Source: Corallochytrium limacisporum Hawaii | Lineage: Eukaryota > Protista > Pluriformea | Assembly (NCBI GenBank): GCA_002811645.1 | Contig: PDIP01000035.1 | Location: forward strand, 250,024 to 314,023 | DNA length: 64,000 bases | Reading direction: 5' to 3' | Part shown: piece after piece, positions 10,100-21,611 of the stretch | How positions within the stretch are numbered: the first letter of the stretch is position 1 | How the letters are laid out: each line of letters opens with the position of its first letter | Position numbers and translations under genes: made by a program | The notes under the pieces: generated by a model | The model's database searches: none | The model's input: only the letters and a program-made list of their open reading frames with translations | What the model was told of the DNA's origin: nothing

Positions 10100-13000
10100 T
10101 CGGGGTGAGGTGGACTGAGATAGGGAGGTTTTGGGGAGGAAGTTTAAGAATTAACAGAGGAATGTGCGAGACATTGTCTTAGGGAATTGGGGGGCCTATT
10201 TTATTCCGGGAACCCCCGGTGGGTTTGGTCCCCGAGACCCACCCGTGCTCCCTGTCGCTAATATCGCCAGTCGCCCGTTCTCCGGTCCCCCGGTTGGTTC
10301 CCGCGTTGTTGCGTAAAATGGGCTGGCGCCTCGTCTTCAGCCGCACCCACACCCCGCCGCTCCACCGCTTGGAACCCCTTCGCACTTCTTCACTCACAAC
10401 CCCCCCCCCCCGGGGCCCCGCGGGGAGGGGGGGCCGGCTTGTCCGCCGGCCAGAACGAAGAGCGGAGCAATTGTCAAGTTTGCCTTGCGTGAGATGAACG
10501 TACCATATATGGGATACTGAAATATACTCAGGACTTCCTCGGAGAGCACTAGGTACAACACCCTTCAGCCTTTGCCGGTAGATCTCGCGCCCGGTGAGGA
10601 CGGGAAGCACCAGCACTTCGTCCGAACGAGGATGAAGATGGAAGGCGTAAACAACAGCTTAGAGAACACTAGTCGGAGTTTTGTGTCTCTCCGCCATGCC
10701 CTACACACAGAGGTCATTCATGAGGCCTTAAATCTTGTGCAGAAAGAACTTCGTAGATGCTAGGTTCTCGACATCCGATCATAATCGGTGACAACTTGCA
10801 CATCGGTAGTCTAAAACATGGAGCTAATACGTGCTCCGTTTGACGATGGAATGCTGTGACATAGCGCTGGACAGCTCAAATATGGTATCGCCATCTGATT
10901 CTAGATGCTTCTCTCACTTTCTCTCTGCTCTCCCTACACGGTACGGCCTGCTTTCGAGCATCCTTCCATGCGGCAAGACTTGGGGCCGGCTGAATTGGAA
11001 GGTTGGTAGGCGAACAGTGCACACTGGCGCCCAGGCTCACACAGGTCCCCAAGTGCGTCCCACGAAGGCGGAAGGAAACGCGACAGTGGCGAACGAAACA
11101 AACCTGGCATGCATACTCTTGTGGAAAGGTGTAGGTAGTCTTGGTCCGCTTCTCGTCGGCCTGCATACCCCCCACCAATCCGACGCTAGGGATGGCAACA
11201 CTATTGTCACGCATGTAACCTTACCATACTTTCTCACTGGATTGACGTACCACTGGCCGGAATATGGAGCCCCCGCCCGCTATCACCTACATGTGCACGG
11301 TACGTTCAGAGTGAGCATCCTCTTCCATTTTTGAACACTGTCACTCTCAGACATTGTCGATGGATGTAGTGAACCGCTGTCATCAAACAACGAAACGGTG
11401 CCTCATGGTTTGGATCAAACCCGAAACCACTACAAGAACATCTTTGGTAACTAGTCTGGAAAACGACAAAGGGGCACCGATGGCACCACTTTCTTGACAT
11501 GCGGGGGAGACGACAGAAAGCTATGGCCTTTTGGAGCACACACCCAAGGGTCTGTTCAAGGCCAGCACAAATACCGTTGGGCCGATATCCCGCAAGCTTC
11601 GTTGCTTCTCGCGGTTGCAGTTCTCATGCCAAAGATGCATGAAGGTGATATTGAATGGACTGTTGAGTAACGGGATAGACCGCAAACCGACATAGGACAT
11701 TGCAAATGCACACGGAACGCTGACTATTTCGCGATCAGCGATGGAATGACGCATCTGCGACTTGTCCAAAAAACATCAGCCACACCAGTTGTGCAAAGGT
11801 GAGCAAAATTTGCGGCTAAGTGACCGGGGCCAGAAGCGGCATGATTAGAAATTGGTCAAATTTGTTCTACAAACAAATCTTATGTCCTTGGCCGTGTCAA
11901 TTTCTCGTCGTTTCACTCTCGTCGCTTCCGTCATGTACTGTTACGAGGCCATTGCCAACTAAAATTGTAACATTCTCCAACACGATGGTAACCGACGAAT
12001 ACTGTCCGTGTCTGTCAAAGTTTTGCGTCGGTGTATATTAATAGTACTGATTGATGACTGCTCATGTGGGCGTGCTTCTGGGCGTCCACGGAACTGCGCA
12101 GGAGTATGGCTGCCGACGTCTGTGTGGGGTTCCCGTGCACATATTTGTTTTGGGAGTGAACAGAACGGGAAACGGAACAAGTTTCCAATTGCACCAATGC
12201 TGACGTTGTGAAGTTCTTTGTGTCTTCATCTGTCCGAAGAAAAATTCAGTGGAGTAAAAAATGGGCGGGGTTTGGGCAGAGTTTTTATCAGCCCCGAGAG
12301 TGCAACAAATGGGCCCTACGTGTAGCGAAGCAGGTACAACCGGTGGAATAGGGTTTCGAAGGATGCTCCTCGTGTTATGAGGAAGGGATCAGTTGAAGAA
12401 CACAAGGGAGGGGATAGACAGGGATTCTGGGTACACATTGGGAAACATGGAGCTCTAAGGGCATTACAAAAGGACCTTGAGGAGCCCGACTCGTAGTGTA
12501 AATGATGACCATGTTTCACCGTCTGGGATCCGATTGAATGATCCTCTGAAATCATCAACTTGATCCAGAGGGGCAACAGAATAGTTGACCTTCACCCGAG
12601 AGAAGGTGGTGTGAGTCATGGCTCGCCCTCCCAACTATGACCATGGTATTGCGGCAACCGCAGATCGCGAAAAGCCAAAGAGCATTCCTCCACTTCTCCC
12701 GCTGCAACCGTACAGTTACAAGACGACTATCGAGCCATCCCCCCCCCGGTACCTAACATATGATGGTTGTCGCTTCAACTACACCACTGGCAAATCGTGC
12801 AAAGTGGAACCACTAACGAGAAAACAACTAAGACATCCCAGTCGAATTCTATATTTCTTGATGAGGCCGCAAATATTCATTCTCGTAGGGTGGCCAGGCC
12901 GAGGTGGTAAGCCAGTATCCAAGGAATAAAGATGAAATCCTCGTCGAACGATAAGATGCGTACTGGCGGGTTGCTAAAAAGTAGATTTGTCAGCGTGCTA

Positions 13001-14572
13001 CTCCTATTACACCTAAGTAATAACAAGTGGGCACCAATGTGCGACTGCTACCAGTTAGTTTTAATAACAATTTCACAACTCAAAGAACTTGCTCGTCACA
13101 GACACATCCGCGAGAGCGGGTAGGATGATACATTGAGTCATTTGAAGTAGATATTTGCGGAGTTGGCATCTGCACCATGAGGATAGTAAAAGGCAACATC
13201 CATAGATTTCGTCATGAACAGGTGAGGTCACCGAGCCTCTACTGTATTCTTAAAGGGGGTCGGCCCTAGCTAGTGACAAGAAAATGAAAACGAACGCAAT
13301 CGCAAAGAAGGGATTCTATTTGCGGATGTCAGTGACAAGCAACGCTTGTACTGCACTAGCCCGGCTGTCATATCAATGACACTTTAAGGCTTGGAGGCTT
13401 GTGCTGCCGTCTCCCAACGCTGCACGCGACCATGAGTCGACAGTGCATTAGAGATTCCAGCATGTGCCATGATATGTGCCTGTCCATACGGTCCTTACTT
13501 TCCAAACGCTGACCACGAGATTCCCAGTCGTCGTCGATCCCTTCCACATTCACTGTCACAGGAGGACCTGGAGGCCTAGTCTGACCCCGGCCATGTTTCG
13601 TATATGAACAGGCAGTGCGTAGCTGTCACTTCTTTCGCACGCAGACCCACACTCAACTATGGCCATGCACGACCTAATACAGTAGATATGTATGTGCCCA
13701 GTAGCTTTCGGTGATATCGCCAGTCACAACCAATGCGAAATCGGTCTGAATCCGTCAAAAAAAGTTTACCCCCCGTGCTAGAGATATTGAGCACTTGCAC
13801 ACCGTACCCCCAATAGGTGCATACCTTCATTGTAGTTTCAAAACCTGGCGTGCAATGATTCATTAATGGCAGAGTACCCCTTGGCTCCAAATGGTAGCAT
13901 CCACACGGTCCTAGGCTGTCCTGCCATGAATTGACAAACTAATCATGGCTTTTAAACCGCGCGCCCGTGTGGACAATGTCCAGAATGCGTGCACCCACCT
14001 GGCAGATTTGAACAGGATTCCCATCGAAGCACAGCAGCTTTATTTGGTTGGGAAGATCTGGAGGAATTCGGTCACCGGTGACGTCTATTTAAGATGTTTA
14101 CGTCAATATGTATGGCTTGGGTATATACTACGTGGCGCGGAGCCCTCAACATCTCTACATACCCTGGATTTTCACCGCCGCCATGAAGGAACCGAGGGGG
14201 TAAGAAAATCTTTGAGTTCCTTCGGCTCCTGTGTGTTATGATCAGTGTTGAGTGCCCAGGCCGCCGGCGTAAGGAACAAAAAGAAATCTGCGGCTGGCGC
14301 CGTCCTCGAGAGAAAATAATTAACTGTACCCCTATTCGCATCCCCTTTCTAATCCGACAGATTATTTATGTGAAATACCTGTGTCACCTAATAATATTTT
14401 TAATTTGAATTCGGGAGCAGGGCTCGAACCGGGCGAATTCCCAGCAAAAAGTCCAATTGATCAGACTTCACGTTCGCATCTTTCTCCTCGGAGTTGGCTT
14501 ACCAATCGTCTGTGATGAAAGTTACAAAGTCTATGATGCAAAATTTAATGTCAATCTCATTAGCACGGTCGT

Positions 14573-15475
14573 TCACGACCGCTGTCCAGTCTGGGCCTTG
14601 ATTGCGCTTGTCATGCCCTCGGCAGCGGCTTCTTGCTTTGCCTTGTCAATCGACAGACCCGCATACCGGTAATAGTTATGGATAGTGACCAACATAAAAG
14701 CGCCCCCGATTGCAGCAAGTGTCCAAATTACGGCAGAGAGCGTGGTGAAAATGGCAGTCACAACTTCATGTTCTTCGTATGCATTGATTGCTTCGATCCA
14801 TCCAATGGCGCCTACAAAACTAAGTCCGATAGCGTTGATGACATACCCAAGTGTTTGAAATCCAAATACGAAGAAAAACAACAGAAAGTTTAAGCTTCGA
14901 TCTGTTCGAAAGGCGTTATAAATCACCCGATACCAAAATATAAGACTCATAGGGATAAACAAGACCAGGAAGACAATGCTGATAATGATTGAGAAGACTA
15001 CAGAGTCACAGCTATTGCACCCTATCCGTGAGAGTGCAGCGATCAGGTTCATGGACAAGCCAAGGACATGCCAGTGCCAGAAAAAATACATACGTTTTGC
15101 CATTTGCTGACACTGGGGTGGAATCTCTCCCTCAATGTCGTGATACATGAGAGGCTTGTACGGCCAGAACATCTTCTTCGGGAAGCGAGGGAAGTTTGGT
15201 TCTTTTTTATGATCAACCAGGGGTGCCCGTCCTGTTTCTCTCTGTTGTCCATTTCCAAAGAAGCCGGCAGAGGAGTCTGCCTCATCCATGGCACGCTGAG
15301 TTTCTTCAAAAGCGTTCCTTTCCCGTTCGCGCCGAGCGGCATCCGCAGCAGAATTGCCCAACGATTGGGTCTTGGACCCATCGTCAATTTTACCACTAAC
15401 TGCATTCTCTAGCCCGGTGCTCATCTTAAAGGGCTGATCATCAATTTCAAATGGGTTACCGACACCAGGATCCAT
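14573..15475 (-). CDS. SCAMP: Secretory carrier membrane protein (SCAMP)
   Basis: N-terminal NPF, PNFPRFP..KPLMYHDIEGEIP, four TM segments, FWYRVIYNAFRTDRSLNF E-peptide, GLSIDKAKQE; ATG 15475 preferred over the longer ORF. Confidence 0.92.
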   Translation of the reverse strand: MDPGVGNPFEIDDQPFKMSTGLENAVSGKIDDGSKTQSLGNSAADAARRERERNAFEETQRAMDEADSSAGFFGNGQQRETGRAPLVDHKKEPNFPRFPKKMFWPYKPLMYHDIEGEIPPQCQQMAKRMYFFWHWHVLGLSMNLIAALSRIGCNSCDSVVFSIIISIVFLVLFIPMSLIFWYRVIYNAFRTDRSLNFLLFFFVFGFQTLGYVINAIGLSFVGAIGWIEAINAYEEHEVVTAIFTTLSAVIWTLAAIGGAFMLVTIHNYYRYAGLSIDKAKQEAAAEGMTSAIKAQTGQRS

Positions 15476-16697
15476 GGTGCCTGTGTATGTGTCGGACAAT
15501 CTCTTATGAGCAACGGTTTCGGTCACTTGAGGTGTAAAGCTTGCGGAATTTTCTAGGGTACAGTCTTTATCCCGTATAATTCTTACTTGTACCAGCTTGT
15601 GCGAAACAAGTCTTTGAAGTTTTCTGGTGATTACGCAGAACAGCAACAGACACCTGCTCTTGTACGAAAGATAAACGAATCCGCGCGTGCAGGCAGCGCC
15701 GTGTAGACTTTGACCTGTGCGCGACATTGCAAAACTTCAGCATCCTACCCTTTGCGGTGATCCTTGGGCCATAGAGGGATCAGCGGGGTTTTGCTTTGCT
15801 TTGCCCCCTACTCCTACCCTATATAGTGGAAGGAGACAGGGACCCACATCTTCTAAGAATTCCCCTGGCTGCTGCTCGTCGTCCGGTAGTAACATACAGT
15901 GCTCGGACGGCCTCCACTCAGTGGTACCGGAGCAGTGTTTTGATACCCCGGTACCAACCCCAGAAACGCATCCACATTGTACGATAGTACAGCAAACCAA
16001 CAGCCCGAGCGACCAGGTATATGGTACAGTCACTGCTGTGGTTATTTCACCAGCGCAGAACTTGTTTCCTTTCTGTACTGCTACGAAGGGTTTCTTCCCG
16101 TTCCCACCCCACCGCTTGCTATTAGTGTAGTAGACACACACCCAGCCGTGGGCGCGCAGACCGGACTTTTCATTACACCTTAGTAGGTGGGATTCAATTC
16201 CTTTTGTCCATTGACAAAAGGACTTACATGAACCCCTAATTATCTAATTTAAGAATTTAGAACTGGGATATTCGATGTACCCCTAACTGTCCTATTTTAA
16301 TTCGATGTGAAGGACTTTCCGGATGAGAGAACTCCCTCCTCAAACCTGCGCTTCTCCCCCGGGAAAGGGGGGGGGGGCCTTGGGCTCTTGGATGGAGCCC
16401 CGAACCTGTGTAGTTTTGGGTTCTAGCACTATTGATAGTGTGGCGGGTTTGGCCCCCTTTCAACGAATGAGACCCGCCAATTTGTTCTCTTCTGGCCTTC
16501 CCCCACCCTCCGCCCGCCTAAGGGCGAAGGCCGCAGTCCAAAAAGGTTCTCCGAATTGCAAGTGATCGTCCCTCCCTTCAGTAGAGGACCTATATTCTGG
16601 CGAGTGCGCAGAATGAGAGGAGGGCAGGAAATGTCAACGTTTTCGGGACGGGAAAACATTCCGCACTGAATGACCAGTACATTCAGTATAGAAATCG

Positions 16698-16732
16698 GGA
16701 ACATTCGAGTACATTCTGGTACTTTCCGGAAA
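16698..16732. promoter_or_regulatory. Heat-shock element (7 alternating nGAAn units)
   Basis: gGAAcaTTCgaGTAcaTTCtgGTActTTCcgGAAa: 5 perfect and 2 GTA-variant pentamers in exact 5-bp phase, about 530 bp upstream of Hsp104. Confidence 0.8.
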
Positions 16733-17259
16733 CTGCTTTGAATGCCGGGCACTCAATCATAGAACCCATGGAATTCACTGCCTTCAGTGCGAAATTACAG
16801 TTAAGTACAGGATGGGTGGTAGTAAGCAAAGCTCCTAAGACACCGTGTTGGAACCCGGTACATAAATAATGACAAATGCTACGCAGTTAAGCTCACTTGC
16901 TCTATAGGGGTTGGTCAGTCTGCATGAGTATGGAAGGGAGACACTTCATCCAATACGCACCGTCGGGGAGCCGCAATGATGAAGATTGCTGAGTGTGTAC
17001 GGACGGAGAGTTTTCACGGTGGCAAACCGGTAAGTGGATGCGTATGCTCGCGGTTCGAATGTTTTGCGTTGCCTGTGTCTTGGACATGCCACCCATGCAC
17101 TGAATGTGTACATTCGGGTATTTAAGGTAGCAATGCCCAGGGGAACACATGTCCGATCTGATTTCAAAGATCAACAAATACCCTAAGGAAGTATTAGACA
17201 AAGAACCGGGACTAAAAACGCCGAGTTCACAATAACAGAAGTGAATCTACACAGTAGAT

Positions 17260-19989
17260 ATGGCTCACAACGGACAGAACTTCACTGATAAGGCTGTTGA
17301 GATCCTCAACAGTGCCATGCAATTGGCACGCGACAGCAGTCACATCCAGTTCGCTCCAATTCATGTGGCTTCAGTGATCTACACTCCCCAAGAGGGAACT
17401 GAGAGGGGACTGGGGGTAACCGTCCTTGACCAACTACATGCTGATAAGGTTGTAATTAGCCGTGGCCTCAGCAAGCTATTGGTGCAGCAACCGGCCCAGG
17501 ATCCTCCTCCTCCTCAGCTGAGTCCGAATCACGCAATGGCCAAATTTTTCAAGGATGCCAACGATGATGCCAAGTCCATGGGCGACTCCTTCGTTGGCCA
17601 AGACCATTTGATGCGGGCTCTCTACAAACAAACGGACATTGAACAGGCACTAGCAGCTGGAGGTGCAACCAAGGACAAGGTTGTCGCACTGATCAACAAA
17701 AAGCGCGGGAGCACCAAGGTTGACAATGCCAGTGGAGATGCCCAATTCGATGCCCTGAATAAGTATGGTCAGGATATGACTCAACTAGCTGAGGACGGTA
17801 AGTACGACCCTGTCATTGGCCGTGACGATGAGACCCGGCGTGTCATCCAGGTACTGGCCAGGCGAACGAAGAACAACCCAGTGCTCCTGGGCCCTGGTGG
17901 CGTAGGTAAAACGGCAATTGTAGAAGGTCTGGCCCAGCGTATGGTCGCTGGTGATGTGCCCGAGTCTCTGAAATGCAAGCTCTACGCCCTCGACATGGGT
18001 GCGCTGGTTGCTGGTGCCAAATACCGCGGCGAATTCGAGGAGCGTCTGAAGGCAGTGCTCAAGGAAGTAAAGGATGCAGAGGGGAACATTATTCTCTTTA
18101 TTGACGAGATCCATTTGGTGCTGGGTGCAGGCAAATCCGATGGTGCTATGGACGCAGCTAACTTGTTGAAGCCCATGCTTGCTCGTGGAGAATTGCGATG
18201 CATCGGTGCCACTACGAACGACGAATACCGTAAATATGTCGAGAAAGATCCGGCGTTTGAGCGTCGTTTCCAGCCTGTTTACGTGGGTGAACCCTCCGTT
18301 GAGGCTACTGTTTCCATTCTCCGTGGCCTGAAGGAACGCTACGAGAGTCATCATGGTGTGCGCATCAAGGACGACGCTCTGGTATCCGCTGCCCAGCTAG
18401 CTGGTCGCTACGTGACTCAGCGCTTCCTGCCGGACAAGGCCATCGATCTTGTTGACGAGGCCTGTGCACGCATTCGTGTGCAGCTAGACAGTCAGCCCGA
18501 GGCTATTGATGAGCTGCAGCGCAAGAAATTGCAGCTCGAGATCGAGGCTACTGCCTTGAAGAAAGAGAAAGACGATGCCTCTAAGCGGCGCTTGAAGCAG
18601 GTCCAAAAGGATATTCAGGACATTGATGAGGAGCTCAAGCCCTTAAAGATGAAGTATGAGCGGGAAACTGAGCGTGTCCATGAAATGAGGAAGTTGCAGC
18701 AGCGTCTGCAGGACCTGCAAATCAAGTTACAGCAAGCCGAGCGCACTCGTGACTTGGTCACCGCCGCTGACTTGCAGAACTTTGCCATTCCCGATGTCAA
18801 GCAGAGGCTTGAGGATCTGTCCAGGGCTCAGAAGATTGCTGAAGAACAGCAGGCCACTGGTGGAGATGACGATGAGAAGATGTTATCCGAGGTAGTCACT
18901 TCCAATGACATCATGGATGTGGTGAGCCGCTGGACAGGCATTCCCGTCAGCAAGCTGAACCAGGATGAGCGCGATAAAGTGCTTGGACTGGAGAAATTCT
19001 TGGGCAGCCGGGTAATTGGACAGCCCCAGGCCATCAAAAGCGTGTCTGAGGCCATCATGCGCAGCCGGGCTGGCCTCAGCAACCCCAACCAGCCGACTGG
19101 TTCCTTCCTGTTCCTGGGACCCACTGGTGTCGGTAAGACCGAACTAAGCAAGGCACTTGCTCTTGAACTTTTCGATGATGACCGTCATATCGTGCGCATT
19201 GATATGTCCGAGTACATGGAGCAACACAGCGTTTCTCGTCTGATTGGTGCTCCTCCTGGCTACGTTGGTCACGAGGAGGGCGGTCAGCTGACAGAAGCAG
19301 TGCGCAGGCGCCCATACAATGTGGTGCTCTTTGATGAGATTGAAAAGGCCCATCCCAAGGTGCTCAACACATTGTTGCAGGTGCTTGATGAGGCCCACTT
19401 GACCGACAGCCAGGGCCGTACAGTTGACTTCCAGAATACTGTCATTATTCTCACATCCAATGTGGGTGCTGAGCACATGTTCCGAGCAGGTAATACCCTG
19501 GATGCTGGGGACTTATCTCCCGAGGTTAAGGCTCAAGTGATGAACGACGTGCATGCCACATTCAAACCAGAATTCTTGAATCGTCTGGATGACATCGTCA
19601 TCTTCAACCCTCTAAACCGCCAAGCTTTGCATGAGATCATCGATCTGCAGATCAAGCGTCTTTCAAAGCGTCTGGAAGACAAGAATATTGAGATTATGGT
19701 TGACCAGGCGGTTAAGGACAAAATGATTGAGGTCAGCTACAATCCGCAGTGGGGTGCTAGGCCTCTGCGACGCTACGTGGAGCAGGATCTGGTGACCAAG
19801 CTCTCAAAGCTGATCATCAAGGGTGATCTGAAAGACAACAGCTTGGTGCACATGACTCTCGATTCCGCAGGCGAGGTACAGTTCAACATCAAGGCCAACG
19901 CCGTTCCAATGGACACCAGTGACGATGGTTACGCCAACGATATCAGAACCGGAAGTAAGCGATCCCATGGCACCGCCAATGCTGCTTGA
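17260..19989 (+). CDS. HSP104: Hsp104/ClpB/Hsp101 AAA+ disaggregase (cytosolic)
   Basis: Clp N-domain, RRTKNNPVL, Walker A GPGGVGKT and [21 protein letters not shown]-domain coiled coil, [23 protein letters not shown]; no obvious targeting peptide. Confidence 0.96.
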   Translation: MAHNGQNFTDKAVEILNSAMQLARDSSHIQFAPIHVASVIYTPQEGTERGLGVTVLDQLHADKVVISRGLSKLLVQQPAQDPPPPQLSPNHAMAKFFKDANDDAKSMGDSFVGQDHLMRALYKQTDIEQALAAGGATKDKVVALINKKRGSTKVDNASGDAQFDALNKYGQDMTQLAEDGKYDPVIGRDDETRRVIQVLARRTKNNPVLLGPGGVGKTAIVEGLAQRMVAGDVPESLKCKLYALDMGALVAGAKYRGEFEERLKAVLKEVKDAEGNIILFIDEIHLVLGAGKSDGAMDAANLLKPMLARGELRCIGATTNDEYRKYVEKDPAFERRFQPVYVGEPSVEATVSILRGLKERYESHHGVRIKDDALVSAAQLAGRYVTQRFLPDKAIDLVDEACARIRVQLDSQPEAIDELQRKKLQLEIEATALKKEKDDASKRRLKQVQKDIQDIDEELKPLKMKYERETERVHEMRKLQQRLQDLQIKLQQAERTRDLVTAADLQNFAIPDVKQRLEDLSRAQKIAEEQQATGGDDDEKMLSEVVTSNDIMDVVSRWTGIPVSKLNQDERDKVLGLEKFLGSRVIGQPQAIKSVSEAIMRSRAGLSNPNQPTGSFLFLGPTGVGKTELSKALALELFDDDRHIVRIDMSEYMEQHSVSRLIGAPPGYVGHEEGGQLTEAVRRRPYNVVLFDEIEKAHPKVLNTLLQVLDEAHLTDSQGRTVDFQNTVIILTSNVGAEHMFRAGNTLDAGDLSPEVKAQVMNDVHATFKPEFLNRLDDIVIFNPLNRQALHEIIDLQIKRLSKRLEDKNIEIMVDQAVKDKMIEVSYNPQWGARPLRRYVEQDLVTKLSKLIIKGDLKDNSLVHMTLDSAGEVQFNIKANAVPMDTSDDGYANDIRTGSKRSHGTANAA

Positions 19990-20298
19990 CTACACTCGGC
20001 CCCCCCAGATATTGATGACAGTCTAAGGGGCAGCACATGTGAAGCTGATCGTATCGGTGATACAGAGACAGCAGAGGATGCAGATTGTGATGTCCTCGTG
20101 GCCCAGAAGCGTAGTCGGCGGGCGTAAAGTGGCCTGCCACCTTCAATTGAAAAGAATAAAAAATCCTCTTTCTAAAACCATCTAGTCTGCTCAATCATTT
20201 TCAGAACTTATCGGAAAGAGTATCATTGCTACCAGGGAGACAGTGATAGAGACGACGAGGATAGCATGTGTGAGTACGGTAGCGAATACAGTTCGGCC

Positions 20299-20406
20299 AC
20301 TGAAGAGAGTCAGCCAGTGAACAAGGTCTGCCATTTGAAGAGCATTCTGCGGACTGAAGAGAGTCAGCCAGTGAACAAGGTCTGCCATTTGAAGAGCATT
20401 CTGCGG
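20299..20406. repeat. Perfect 54-bp direct tandem duplication
   Basis: actgaagagagtcagccagtgaacaaggtctgccatttgaagagcattctgcgg at 20299-20352 and 20353-20406. Confidence 0.95.
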
Positions 20407-20696
20407 TACCGCAAGGCCCATGGAGACCTCGTCGAGCGCCGGGCTTCTCTCAACCGAGGCTCCTTCCGATCCGAGGAATCTCCATAGGAGACATACGACT
20501 CTCAAAGAATATGATCGCACCGGTTTTAAGAAGCAGAAAAACTATGGATGCTACTATAACTGAAGCAGAAGAGCAGTCTATGACTAAGGGTTGCCAAACG
20601 ACAATCAAAATCATCGTAACGTACTGCCATCCACATGAAACATTTACACCCTACTACGCCAAACAGCATTACATGACAGTCATAAGTTTCTTTAGT

Positions 20697-21611
20697 CTAT
20701 GCACTCTTCTTTACCGACGATTCCGGCCCACAATCCTCCGCCTGCTTCCGCTTGCCTAGATTTGTCAACGTCTCTGGTTTGGGTTTTCTCACTAAGAACG
20801 ATTGCAGCGTGCATTGGGACCTGTCCAAAGGCTTTGTGACTTTGATGGCTTGCGGTTCCCTCAGCAAAGTGCACGATCTCCTCCCCTGAGAGCAATCGAT
20901 CCTCACCACCAAATGACCGGCATTCGGTAGCATCGGTACCATCAAGGCACCGTGCTTAGAGTCGCTTAGTATTGCAATGGAACGCAAAAGCGCCCTCGTG
21001 AATGCACCGTGGGTTACCAATACAACAACGTGATCCTTCGCATCCTGCTGCTGGGCACAAGCAGGTATCATTTCAGAGTCCTCATAGATCTCACCGCTCA
21101 GACTGCGTAAACTGGCATGGAAGGCACAATGGCAAGGCATGTGTCGTGAAAGCAGCAGAGAAACTACAGAATTAGCTCTCAGTATGATGGCACTGAGCGA
21201 ATCACCTTTTCGTTTCTCCGCCGGTTGCTGCCCTCGGCGAGGTATGGCTCCGAAACCGACACCCTCTCTACTCCCCATGTCATTTTCTCTCAATTCCGAC
21301 ATAATACGAAGGTTCTCTGTGTGAAGACATTTGCACTCAGTACTTGTTCTGCCCTGATCTGAAGATAGTCTCCTTACCTGGAATTCATTCGCCAGCTCTT
21401 TGGCGGTTCTGTGGGCCCTCTGCAACGGACTGGCATAGAACCCATGAATGTGGTGGTCACGATACTCCTGTGAAAGCCTGCGCCCACATTCTTTCGCTTG
21501 TGCAACCCCTAGCTCCGTCAAAGGGGAGTCTGTGATCCCTTGAATGATCGAGTCCCTGTTGCCTTCGGACTGCCCATGCCTCACAATAACGAGCTTTATC
21601 GCTTTCCCCAT
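20697..21611 (-). CDS. Histidine phosphatase superfamily (PGAM/TIGAR/CobC-like)
   Basis: LVIVRHGQSEGN, DSPLTELGVAQA, SPLQRAHRTA, LRENDMGSREG, VLVTHGAF; ATG 21611. Confidence 0.88.
   Translation of the reverse strand: MGKAIKLVIVRHGQSEGNRDSIIQGITDSPLTELGVAQAKECGRRLSQEYRDHHIHGFYASPLQRAHRTAKELANEFQVRRLSSDQGRTSTECKCLHTENLRIMSELRENDMGSREGVGFGAIPRRGQQPAEKRKGDSLSAIILRANSVVSLLLSRHMPCHCAFHASLRSLSGEIYEDSEMIPACAQQQDAKDHVVVLVTHGAFTRALLRSIAILSDSKHGALMVPMLPNAGHLVVRIDCSQGRRSCTLLREPQAIKVTKPLDRSQCTLQSFLVRKPKPETLTNLGKRKQAEDCGPESSVKKSA

Noticed and set aside
14407-14470. tRNA gene
   Set aside because: T-stem does not pair, there is no acceptor or anticodon arm, and a T5 run separates the putative A and B boxes
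15476-15727. 83-aa N-terminal extension of SCAMP from ATG 15727
   Set aside because: Composition is not protein-like; SCAMP homology begins at MDPGVGNPF
4957-17026. Exact PACE/Rpn4 motif GGTGGCAAA at 4957 and 17018
   Set aside because: Rpn4 is fungal, and I did not find the motif upstream of the proteasome gene PSMD12, where it would be expected
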